A DNA stretch of 64,000 nt from a bacterium UBP8_UBA817 (GTDB lineage: Bacteria > Margulisbacteria > Marinamargulisbacteria > SXXA01 > SICP01), in NCBI GenBank assembly GCA_945888435.1, contig CAMCZW010000002.1:14014-78013 (forward strand), given 5' to 3'. This document shows, one piece after another, positions 1 through 7,649 of the stretch (position 1 is the stretch's first letter; the number at the start of each line of letters is the position of its first letter). The notes beneath the pieces were generated by a model. The model searched no databases. It was not told where the DNA came from and saw only the letters and a program-made list of their open reading frames with translations. A program made the translations under genes and the position numbers.

Positions 1-1518
1 AGAAGGAGACCCATCTACATTTTGATAGCACATAAGCTGTAGACCTTCAATAGCATTAAAACTCATAATTTCCTCGTTTACCACACCTGTGTATGTCCTG
101 AAAGCTGGGGTTTTGCTCCCGTTCCTTTCAATTGTAAGTGCAGTGTCAGGTCTAATTGTACCTATACCTACATTCCCGTTTTCTGCTATTTTGAATAATG
201 ATGCATATTTACTTCCTCCGGCGGCTTTTCGATAGACGCCAAATTCGTCGCCCCAGCCTTGGGTTCGGTCAAGTCCGCCGATGTCGACGAACCAGGAGGA
301 AACGCTGGTATTTCCTTGTGAGCCATCACTTTTTTGGTTGGAAAATAGGCCCATTCCGTTGTAAGTATTGCTATGCCCGCTGTTGACGGCAATGGCGCCC
401 CATTTTTGAGGATTTCCGCCGGGATTAAATTGGAGAGTTTCAGTTGGGTAGGGAGTACTGGGCCATGACCCTGATGTGCCGGTGGGGAGGTTGGTTAACC
501 CAGAGCCATCTCCGATAAATCGGGTTGCAGAAATTGCTCCGGCCACTTCTAGTTTTTGTGTTGGATTGGTTATGCCAATGCCCACATTCCCACTGCTATT
601 AATTCTCATGCGTTCAGTTGCATAACTTCCTGATGACAAAGTGCTAAATAATAGTGCTCCCGTGTCTCCATTGGTATCTCTAAATGCAGTGATGTTTGCG
701 GCTTGTTTGATTCGAGTGCCACCTCCAATATTATCAAGAGCCATTACAAATGAAAGGAGTCCAAATCCATTGCCTACACCTGGGGATGGATTGGTGCCGC
801 CAATTTCTACTACCCCAGCTCGATTGCCTAAAGGATTAAATACGGTGAATGATTTAAAATTAGTGGTTCCAAAATAGCCGACTTGAGTGAAGACTGGGGA
901 TAATTTTCCAACTCCAACATTGCCGTTGGCGAAAACAATATTACCTCCTGCATCTGTGGTCCATTGGCTATTACCGATTGGTAAATTGGTGATCCCAGAT
1001 CCATCGCCGATAAATCGAGTGGCTTGGATTGTTCCGTTACTGACTAGCCCTTGTGTGATTGTTGCATTTCCACTGACATGGAGTGTTGTACTTGGATTGG
1101 TAATGCCGATCCCTAAGCGTCCGTTAACGAGTGCCATTTCTTCCTTGTATCGGATGCTGGGTGGATTGTGTTGGTAAAATCGAATGCCTCCGCTGGCATC
1201 TGGTGTTGTATAGGCGAATTTTAATGATCGCCCTCGTTGATAAAGATCGTTGGTGAGCCAATCATGGTATAAGCCACAAAAAAGTGGGGATGAGAGGTCT
1301 GTATATTGGTTAAATGCAATTTTTCCAATTTTGTCTCCGTCTGGGTTTGTGATTTGGAGTCCGGTTCCGACAATGGATAATTTCATTTGAGGCGTAGTAG
1401 TGCCTACTCCAAAATTGCCGTTGTTATAGTAAATCTGTGAGGGGTCAGGTTCCACCGCATGGAGTTGGGCTGTACTTGCGAGAATTATAATTAGTAATAG
1501 CGCTTTTATCTTTTTCAT
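1..1518 (-). CDS. Large secreted Gly-rich repeat protein; N-terminal 505 codons only, C-terminus lies beyond the window start
   Basis: Minus-strand ATG at 1516-1518 gives MKKIKALLLIIILASTAQLHAVEPDPSQIYYNNGNFGVGTTTPQMKL. By hand translation the frame stays open to position 1. It has no stop inside the window, so it is absent from the supplied ORF track. It has a signal peptide and reiterated units such as NGNVGIGTxxP, GIGITNPxxxLxVxG and RFIGDGSG(I/L)TNLP. Confidence 0.7.
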   Translation of the reverse strand, partial: MKKIKALLLIIILASTAQLHAVEPDPSQIYYNNGNFGVGTTTPQMKLSIVGTGLQITNPDGDKIGKIAFNQYTDLSSPLFCGLYHDWLTNDLYQRGRSLKFAYTTPDASGGIRFYQHNPPSIRYKEEMALVNGRLGIGITNPSTTLHVSGNATITQGLVSNGTIQATRFIGDGSGITNLPIGNSQWTTDAGGNIVFANGNVGVGKLSPVFTQVGYFGTTNFKSFTVFNPLGNRAGVVEIGGTNPSPGVGNGFGLLSFVMALDNIGGGTRIKQAANITAFRDTNGDTGALLFSTLSSGSYATERMRINSSGNVGIGITNPTQKLEVAGAISATRFIGDGSGLTNLPTGTSGSWPSTPYPTETLQFNPGGNPQKWGAIAVNSGHSNTYNGMGLFSNQKSDGSQGNTSVSSWFVDIGGLDRTQGWGDEFGVYRKAAGGSKYASLFKIAENGNVGIGTIRPDTALTIERNGSKTPAFRTYTGVVNEEIMSFNAIEGLQLMCYQNVDGSPS

Positions 1519-1531
1519 TATAGTAGTCTCC

Positions 1532-2410
1532 TTAAAAACTGGTTTTGATTCCGATGCGGCTTTGAGGGTCGAGGTGGTCAACGGCGGGTTGGGTGTAGGA
1601 GAAATCCAATTGGATTCCGATGAGTTGAAGCCCAAGCCCTGTGCTCCATTCTTGATTATTGACTCCTGCTCTGAGTGTTAATGCAGGGTGAATTTTGTAT
1701 GTGACGCCAGTTTCAATCCACTGAGTTTGGGAGTCGGCTTGGATGTCGGCGGTGAGTATCCATTTAGGGGTTGGACAAAGGCCTAGGCCAAGAGAATAAA
1801 TGCGTCGTCCCTGGTCGGATTCTGACGAATTGTCCCATTTGAGTGTGGGTTGAATGGCATTGAATATGTTCACGCCAGTGGAGAGCCAAGGTGTTAATTT
1901 TAATTGAGCTCCGATGTCCATCCCCAGTCCGGTGGCACTTGCTTCTCCCGCTTTTTCTGTAATCGATTTTAGGGTGACTCCGATAGTTCCGTTTGGAATC
2001 AGCTCAAGTGCGCCGCTTAATAAAAATGCTTGGGCAGTGTAGTCAAATGTGTTTCCGGTTTTAGATACTCGGTCTCCTAGGACGGTTTCTTCAAATCCTT
2101 CGATACTGGAGTTGATATAGCCTGCGCCGACCGCTACCTTTCCAAATGATTTTGAGGCGAGTGCAGAGATGAAGTTGGTGCCTAGGTAGGTGTAAGAGGA
2201 CGCTGCGATTTCGGTTTTGGTGCCATTGATTAACCCGCTTGAGTTTGAGAGTGGGGCTAACGCACCTTTGGAGATTGCGGTATCGGCATTGCCAATAGCG
2301 ACCGATTGAGGATGCAGAGATGCTTCTAAAAAGGCGGCGGCACCTTCTGATGCTGAGAGCGAGTGTGAGGTCGTCATTATTAATACACTTAGTATGAGTA
2401 ATTTTTTCAT
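1532..2410 (-). CDS. Outer-membrane beta-barrel protein (porin-like; possibly PorP/SprF-like partner of the upstream CTD protein)
   Basis: 292 aa. N-terminal signal peptide MKKLLILSVLIMTTSHSLSA. Alternating hydrophobic beta-strand pattern and a C-terminal ...IGIKTSF with terminal Phe, typical of OM beta-barrels. Overlaps the upstream gene by 4 nt, suggesting an operon. Confidence 0.55.
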   Translation of the reverse strand: MKKLLILSVLIMTTSHSLSASEGAAAFLEASLHPQSVAIGNADTAISKGALAPLSNSSGLINGTKTEIAASSYTYLGTNFISALASKSFGKVAVGAGYINSSIEGFEETVLGDRVSKTGNTFDYTAQAFLLSGALELIPNGTIGVTLKSITEKAGEASATGLGMDIGAQLKLTPWLSTGVNIFNAIQPTLKWDNSSESDQGRRIYSLGLGLCPTPKWILTADIQADSQTQWIETGVTYKIHPALTLRAGVNNQEWSTGLGLQLIGIQLDFSYTQPAVDHLDPQSRIGIKTSF

Positions 2411-3207
2411 TTGAGCACCATCGCTTTTATTTTGGTAGTTGAGGAGTTGCTGCCATCTTTGGCGACGATGAATATGTAATACGGACCATTGGCGACGATA
2501 TCCCCGTAGCGATCACGGCCATCCCATTCCACTTGATTGTGGCCGCTTGCGCCGCCGTTTTGGCCAGATTGGAACTCGTTTCTGTAAATGAGTCGGCCAT
2601 TGATGGCTAAGATGGTGAGTGCAACATCGCAATTTTGAGTGAGTTGGTAATCGATGGCGGCGGTGCCTTGATTGGGGTTGAATGGATTGGGGCCGATGAG
2701 TGCGTCTGCGACTTTGAGTTTGTTTTCTATTTTGAGATTAGAAATTGTTTTGCTGGATGTATCGCCATCTAAATTTCTTGCGGAGATGACGATAGAGTAG
2801 AGGCCGGATGCTAGCGGAGACGATTGTAAAATGGATGCTGTTGCAGTGAGTGTCTCTGGGGAGTCTTGTTCTTGGGCAGCGACTACCGAGTCTGAGTTGA
2901 TGATGGAAATATTCCAACTTGTGATCGCGCTACTGGATTGGATGATCGCTTGAAGCGATGGGTTGCTTGAAAGCCGATCATTGTCCATAACTTGAGAGCT
3001 GCCACTAAATAGATCTCCAATGGTGATCTGGTCAGCCTGACTGCTTAGATTTTGAGAATTGAAGGAGAGCGTATTTCGAACGGCGGGTCTTGGAGTGTTG
3101 ATGCCATCATTCACTAATACTATTTTTGGGGAGGCCTCTATGTAATGTGGAAGCAATAGGGCTAAATATAAGAAGGCATTTAAAGTAAGTATTTTTTTTC
3201 TATCCAA
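2407..3207 (-). CDS. Secreted protein with C-terminal T9SS-type sorting domain / FlgD Ig-like beta-sandwich
   Basis: 266 aa with a signal-peptide-like N-terminus. The C-terminal ~80 aa read GPNPFNPNQGTAAIDYQLTQNCDVALTILAINGRLIYRNEF...HNQVEWDGRDRYGDIVANGPYYIFIVAKDG...TKIKAMVLK. This matches the NPF...WDG..G..V..G.Y pattern of TIGR04183/FlgD_ig domains and ends in a K-x-x-x-K tail. Confidence 0.55.
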   Translation of the reverse strand: MDRKKILTLNAFLYLALLLPHYIEASPKIVLVNDGINTPRPAVRNTLSFNSQNLSSQADQITIGDLFSGSSQVMDNDRLSSNPSLQAIIQSSSAITSWNISIINSDSVVAAQEQDSPETLTATASILQSSPLASGLYSIVISARNLDGDTSSKTISNLKIENKLKVADALIGPNPFNPNQGTAAIDYQLTQNCDVALTILAINGRLIYRNEFQSGQNGGASGHNQVEWDGRDRYGDIVANGPYYIFIVAKDGSNSSTTKIKAMVLK

Positions 3208-3271
3208 TTTTCAGCTCCCTCCGTCTTGAAATTATTGTTTAAATTATAATTTTTTATTAAATTATATAATT

Positions 3272-3463
3272 TTATACTTTAATGTCAATCAATACTTTGA
3301 TAGCTCCCGTTTTTGAAAACGCAGTATTTCCATCAATTTCTACTTTTTCTCTTGGATTGGTTGTCCCAATGCCAAAATTGCCATTGTTATAATAAAGCTG
3401 AGATGAATCATCATCGGCAGCGTAGCTTTGTGGTGTTGGTGCAAGGATTATCCTTAAAAGGTT
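3272..3463 (-). pseudogene. Start-less N-terminal fragment (63 codons) paralogous to the N-terminus of the 1..1518 repeat protein
   Basis: The minus-strand frame gives NLLRIILAPTPQSYAADDDSSQLYYNNGNFGIGTTNPREKVEIDGNTAFSKTGAIKVLIDIKV followed by a stop. It closely matches DPSQIYYNNGNFGVGTTTPQMKL of the large gene. There is no in-frame ATG/GTG start and a stop lies immediately upstream in frame. Confidence 0.5.
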
Positions 3464-3573
3464 TTATTTTCTTGCGACACTAACTTTTGTGCGTGGTTTA
3501 GTAGTGGCTATACTATAATTATCTTAATTCACCGTTGTTTTCAGGCCAGATTTTTATCAGAGAGGGATATTCA

Positions 3574-5139
3574 ATGCAGTATAAAATACTTTCACAGACG
3601 CCTTCATTTACACTTGAGGTTTATCCAAAACCGGATTCTAAGCCTGAGACCCACCCTGACATTAAACCTACGACTGGTAAATCCATTAAAAATATTTTTG
3701 CTATTACGAGTGAGGAACGGCTTAAGGCTGCACTTGATACTATTTTGGCTGAACTTGGTATGTCATCAACCCCTGGTGTGACTGAAGCTAACCAAGTTGT
3801 TTTGGATAAAGATCAAAGGTGGCAGGCGGTTGTTTGGCAACTCCATGATAAAGGGTTGGCTGACAAATTTTTAACTATTTTGATGCGACCTGTGATTGTT
3901 GAAGTAGTGCTGGAGCTCTCTTCTTCTACGGGGGTTATTCCTGGTCCGCTGACAGCGCTTCAAGGAGTGTCTGATCCGGACGTGACAGAGTTTGCCTCTG
4001 TTGAAGCGCCTGGTGATGGGCTTCGTACAATGGGGATTGTCGCGTCCAAACTTATTAATGGAGTGGCTTCTGTGATGACCTTGGGAAGTGGGTCTTTGTT
4101 AGTGCAAAAAAAAGATGGTCAGCTTGAAATTTTGGATATTGCTTCTTCTGAATTTTCTCTCAAAAAAGTTGCTTTATCAGAGGTAACTCAGATGACGGCT
4201 TTATTTCCGTCAGTAGATGGCAAAACTGCTTTGGGCATTATTAATGCTGGGGATACTACGGATATTATCCGATATGAATTGGATCAAACGCCTGCCAAGC
4301 AGTCAAAGGTTGCAACGGTAAAGGGTCGGGTAGACTCTTTAATTGAATTAGAGACTGCTTTTGTTGTGTTGAGTGCCGGTAAGCTGATTCGATTGGATAA
4401 GGTAAAGCCGGATGCAATCCAAACCTTGGCGTATGCCGATGCCAATATTGTTGATATTACGCGGGATACGGTCAAAAATACCCTTTATTTTTCGACAGAT
4501 CAGGGTCATCTCTATTCATTAAACTTGGAGGGGGGGCAATTTGCTTCGCGATTGATCCGTAAGTCTGATAAAGGGTCTATGAAAATGCTTCGTGCAATTG
4601 ATAATCACGTATTTTTTTCGACAGACCATGATGTTTTCACTTCTTCTGATATTTGGGTGTATCGGCATCAGTCTGGCCTTAATGATTTTCAGGTTTTTCA
4701 TATCCCCACTCTTGATGGGGTGATTGTTGTTTCTGGTGGTAACGATGTGGTGATGACGCATCTGGTCAATCATTCCCGTGATGTGTTGTGGAAAAGCCCA
4801 AAACCGAACGATTCAAAGTTGCAGATCCCGGTTTCTTCTATTTATGCGCATGGAGAGGGGGAGTCGTTATTGTTTGTGGTGATCCGTGAAAATAAAAAGG
4901 CGGGAACCGTTCAGGTGGAACTTTTTCAGCCAGGTGTTTCAGAGCACGCTTGGTCGCCTCAGTTTGGGCAGCAGGTTGCGGATACCGTTAAAAATCTGAC
5001 AAGACATGCGTTTGTGAGAGGTGCTGATGATGTGGCGACTGCCGCTGCGGATGCGACAGTCGCTGCTGCGGGATTTCTGGCTACTGGGGCACGTGATGCA
5101 GTTACTTATGTCTTTGGTCGTAATGCAACCGATTCGTAA
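3574..5139 (+). CDS. Hypothetical protein (no recognisable domain)
   Basis: Long ORF 3535..5139. The internal ATG at 3574 (MQYKILSQ) is preceded by gagaggga, an SD-like sequence. It is divergent from the secretion locus. Confidence 0.6.
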   Translation: MQYKILSQTPSFTLEVYPKPDSKPETHPDIKPTTGKSIKNIFAITSEERLKAALDTILAELGMSSTPGVTEANQVVLDKDQRWQAVVWQLHDKGLADKFLTILMRPVIVEVVLELSSSTGVIPGPLTALQGVSDPDVTEFASVEAPGDGLRTMGIVASKLINGVASVMTLGSGSLLVQKKDGQLEILDIASSEFSLKKVALSEVTQMTALFPSVDGKTALGIINAGDTTDIIRYELDQTPAKQSKVATVKGRVDSLIELETAFVVLSAGKLIRLDKVKPDAIQTLAYADANIVDITRDTVKNTLYFSTDQGHLYSLNLEGGQFASRLIRKSDKGSMKMLRAIDNHVFFSTDHDVFTSSDIWVYRHQSGLNDFQVFHIPTLDGVIVVSGGNDVVMTHLVNHSRDVLWKSPKPNDSKLQIPVSSIYAHGEGESLLFVVIRENKKAGTVQVELFQPGVSEHAWSPQFGQQVADTVKNLTRHAFVRGADDVATAAADATVAAAGFLATGARDAVTYVFGRNATDS

Positions 5140-5210
5140 ATTATCCTGATATTCCTTGTTCTGATGAATCAGAGTAGAATTTGGGATGCTTGAATACTAT
5201 TTTATAGGAG

Positions 5211-5657
5211 ATGATGATTATGCCAATGATTAATCCGTATTTAAATTTTAACGGTAATACTGAACAGGCTTTTCTTTTTTACAAATCGGTTTTTGGTGGA
5301 GAATTTGTTACATTTCAGCGATTTAAAGATGTTCCAGACCTTCCAGGCGCAGAAGATATGTCAGCCTCAGATTTAGAAAAAATTATGCATGTGGCCTTGC
5401 CGATTGGGGATGACAATATCCTCATGGCGACGGATGTTTTGGAGTCTTTTGGACACCCTAAAGTATCGGGTAATAATATGTCGATTTCTGTAAGTGCGGA
5501 TACTGCAGAAGAAGCCCGTGATATTTTTGATAAATTGTCCAAAGGCGGCAAAATCGAAATGCCTCTTGAAGAAGCCTTTTGGGGTGCTTTATTTGGAATG
5601 TTTACTGATAAATTTGGCGTGCAATGGATGGTTAACTACCAACAAGACGAAGAATGA
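5211..5657 (+). CDS. VOC/glyoxalase-like (PhnB-type) family protein
   Basis: 148 aa. Motifs such as FYKSVFGGE...MHVAL.IGD...MATD and the overall pattern resemble the 3-demethylubiquinone methyltransferase-like/VOC fold. AGGAG lies upstream. Overlaps the next gene by 4 nt. Confidence 0.6.
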   Translation: MMIMPMINPYLNFNGNTEQAFLFYKSVFGGEFVTFQRFKDVPDLPGAEDMSASDLEKIMHVALPIGDDNILMATDVLESFGHPKVSGNNMSISVSADTAEEARDIFDKLSKGGKIEMPLEEAFWGALFGMFTDKFGVQWMVNYQQDEE

Positions 5658-6295
5658 ATAAAACGGTTACCATTTTAGATTATGGCAGCAGCAACTTGCG
5701 TAGTGTTGCCAAAGCCATCGAAACCGTTGGATTTACGGTCAAAACAGTTCGAAGCCGTGCTGAAATTGTCGCGGCAGATGTTCTGGTGTTGCCTGGGCAA
5801 GGGGCGTTTCAGCAGGCGATGGCCGAGCTGCAGGGCTTGGATGTCATTGATGTGATCCGTGCTCATATTCAAAATGGAAAGCCGTATTTGGGGATTTGCC
5901 TGGGATTTCAAATCTTATTTGAGTCGTCTTCTGAAAATGGAGACCATGCGGGTCTTGGTGTATTTAAGGGTAAAGTCCAACACTTTGATGAGGTGTGGAG
6001 CCCTGAGGTGAAAGCCAAGGGCTTAAAAGTGCCTCATATGGGATGGAATCAACTTCAGATGAAGCGGGATCCGATTGGGGTTTTTGTGGATGTGGAGATG
6101 CCGATTTCCACTTATTTTGTGCACTCCTATGCGGTTTTTGATACCGAGCATCAAGTTGTTTCAACGACGACAGAGTATGGCGTGCCGTTTGTCTCGAGTG
6201 TCCAGACGGCGAGCTTGTTTGCGTCTCAATTTCATCCTGAAAAAAGCGGTACTTTGGGGCTTAAGATATTGAGCTCTGTTTTGCATCAGTTTTAG
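5654..6295 (+). CDS. hisH: Imidazole glycerol phosphate synthase glutamine amidotransferase subunit HisH
   Basis: 213 aa. Class I GATase with VTILDYGSSNLRSVAKA, the catalytic Cys in GICLGFQ, and HS..QFHPEKS. Confidence 0.8.
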   Translation: MNKTVTILDYGSSNLRSVAKAIETVGFTVKTVRSRAEIVAADVLVLPGQGAFQQAMAELQGLDVIDVIRAHIQNGKPYLGICLGFQILFESSSENGDHAGLGVFKGKVQHFDEVWSPEVKAKGLKVPHMGWNQLQMKRDPIGVFVDVEMPISTYFVHSYAVFDTEHQVVSTTTEYGVPFVSSVQTASLFASQFHPEKSGTLGLKILSSVLHQF

Positions 6296-6299
6296 AGTA

Positions 6300-6349
6300 C
6301 GTAAATTTTCTACCTAAGGTAAATATTTACCTTAGGTAGAAAATTTACG
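6300..6349. repeat. Perfect 50-bp palindrome (25+25, no spacer) immediately 3' of the hisH stop
   Basis: cgtaaattttctacctaaggtaaat|atttaccttaggtagaaaatttacg. Every position 6300..6324 pairs with 6349..6325, checked base by base. Confidence 0.9.
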
Positions 6350-6374
6350 GTGATTCAGCGCCCTTGTAAATTAA

Positions 6375-6428
6375 TAATATCAGATATTATTATCTTGATA
6401 AGTTAAAAATATCTGATATTATTATCCT
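6375..6428 (+). promoter_or_regulatory. Pair of 22-bp direct repeats, each itself a 13-bp near-palindrome, abutting the GTG start of the AAA ATPase gene
   Basis: aatatcagatattattatcttg at 6375-6396 and aatatctgatattattatcctg at 6407-6428. The core aatatc(a/t)gatatt is self-complementary. This is a candidate operator/promoter. Confidence 0.5.
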
Positions 6429-7640
6429 GTGCTAAAAAGACATGTTGAATCTGTATTGTATCAAGAGTTAGATAATCCCAAGGTTTTATTGTTACTTGGG
6501 GCTAGGCAAACTGGTAAAACGACATTACTTAAAAAAATTCATGCTTATTTGGATAAGCATGAAAAAACTGTGTTTTTGATTACACTTGAAGACCCCGAAA
6601 TTTTGTCTATTTTAAATCATCATCCCGAAGGTTTATTTAAGATTGTTCCTAAAGATCAGCAGATAGCCGTGTTGATTGATGAAATCCAATATCTTGCAAA
6701 CCCAAGCAACTTTTTAAAATATATTTATGATTTATATTCGCCTACGATTAAATTAATTGTGACGGGGTCTTCTGCATTTTATATTGATCAAAAATTTAAT
6801 GATTCTTTGGCAGGGCGAAAAATTATTCATCATATTTATCCGTTAAGTTTTAGTGAGTTTTTGGAATCTAAAAATGAAGACTCCCTGATTGCGTTGATTG
6901 AGAAACAAATTTCTTTTCCATTTCAAAAGAGATCCTTTTTATTGTTTGAAACACGACGTCTTCGTGACTACATTGACGAATACTTAACGTATGGGGGATA
7001 TCCAGATGTGGTGTTATCTCCTACTTTTGAGGAAAAAAAGTTAAGGCTACAAGAGTTGAAAGACTCGTTTTTGAAAAAGGATTTTTTAGAATCTCGGATT
7101 AAATATGAAGATAAGGCCGTTGCTCTTCTTAAAATATTAGCGTCTCAAGTGGGTGAATTAGTTAATACTCAAGAGTTGTCGAATACACTTGATATCTCAC
7201 ATAGTGCGATTGAAAATTATTTATATATCTTTCAAAAGGCATTTATTATTCAGCTAGTTCGGCCTTATTTTAAAAATATTCGAAAAGAGCTGACAAAGAT
7301 GCCAAAAGTATTTTTTTATGACATGGGTTTTTTAAATAGTCTTCTTAATCAGTTTGATCCTCCTCAAAATAGGCCAGATCGGGGTGCAGTTTTGGAAAAT
7401 TTTGTGTTTCAGTCTTTATTGTATTATCCGATTCAATCCGTCAATTTTTGGAGAACTCAAGCGAAGCAAGAGGTTGATTTTATTATTGATGATCATGTCG
7501 CGTATGAGTGTAAATGGACGGCGGCGATGTTTAAAGAAAATCGGTATAAAGTCTTTTTGGCGGCGTACCCTGCTATTCCTTTAAATGTGATTACGTATGC
7601 TGATGATCTGCAGATTAATGTTTTGGATGTTGTGAGGTAA
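6429..7640 (+). CDS. AAA+ ATPase, DUF4143-type (COG1373 family)
   Basis: 403 aa with a GTG start. Walker A LLLGARQTGKTTLLKK. N-terminal AAA domain plus C-terminal DUF4143-like region. Confidence 0.7.
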   Translation: MLKRHVESVLYQELDNPKVLLLLGARQTGKTTLLKKIHAYLDKHEKTVFLITLEDPEILSILNHHPEGLFKIVPKDQQIAVLIDEIQYLANPSNFLKYIYDLYSPTIKLIVTGSSAFYIDQKFNDSLAGRKIIHHIYPLSFSEFLESKNEDSLIALIEKQISFPFQKRSFLLFETRRLRDYIDEYLTYGGYPDVVLSPTFEEKKLRLQELKDSFLKKDFLESRIKYEDKAVALLKILASQVGELVNTQELSNTLDISHSAIENYLYIFQKAFIIQLVRPYFKNIRKELTKMPKVFFYDMGFLNSLLNQFDPPQNRPDRGAVLENFVFQSLLYYPIQSVNFWRTQAKQEVDFIIDDHVAYECKWTAAMFKENRYKVFLAAYPAIPLNVITYADDLQINVLDVVR

Positions 7641-7649
7641 AATTGACCG

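Noticed and set aside
6375-6428. Direct repeats as a possible CRISPR array
   Set aside because: There are only two copies, the repeats are AT-rich and palindromic, they sit in a promoter region, and there are no cas genes.
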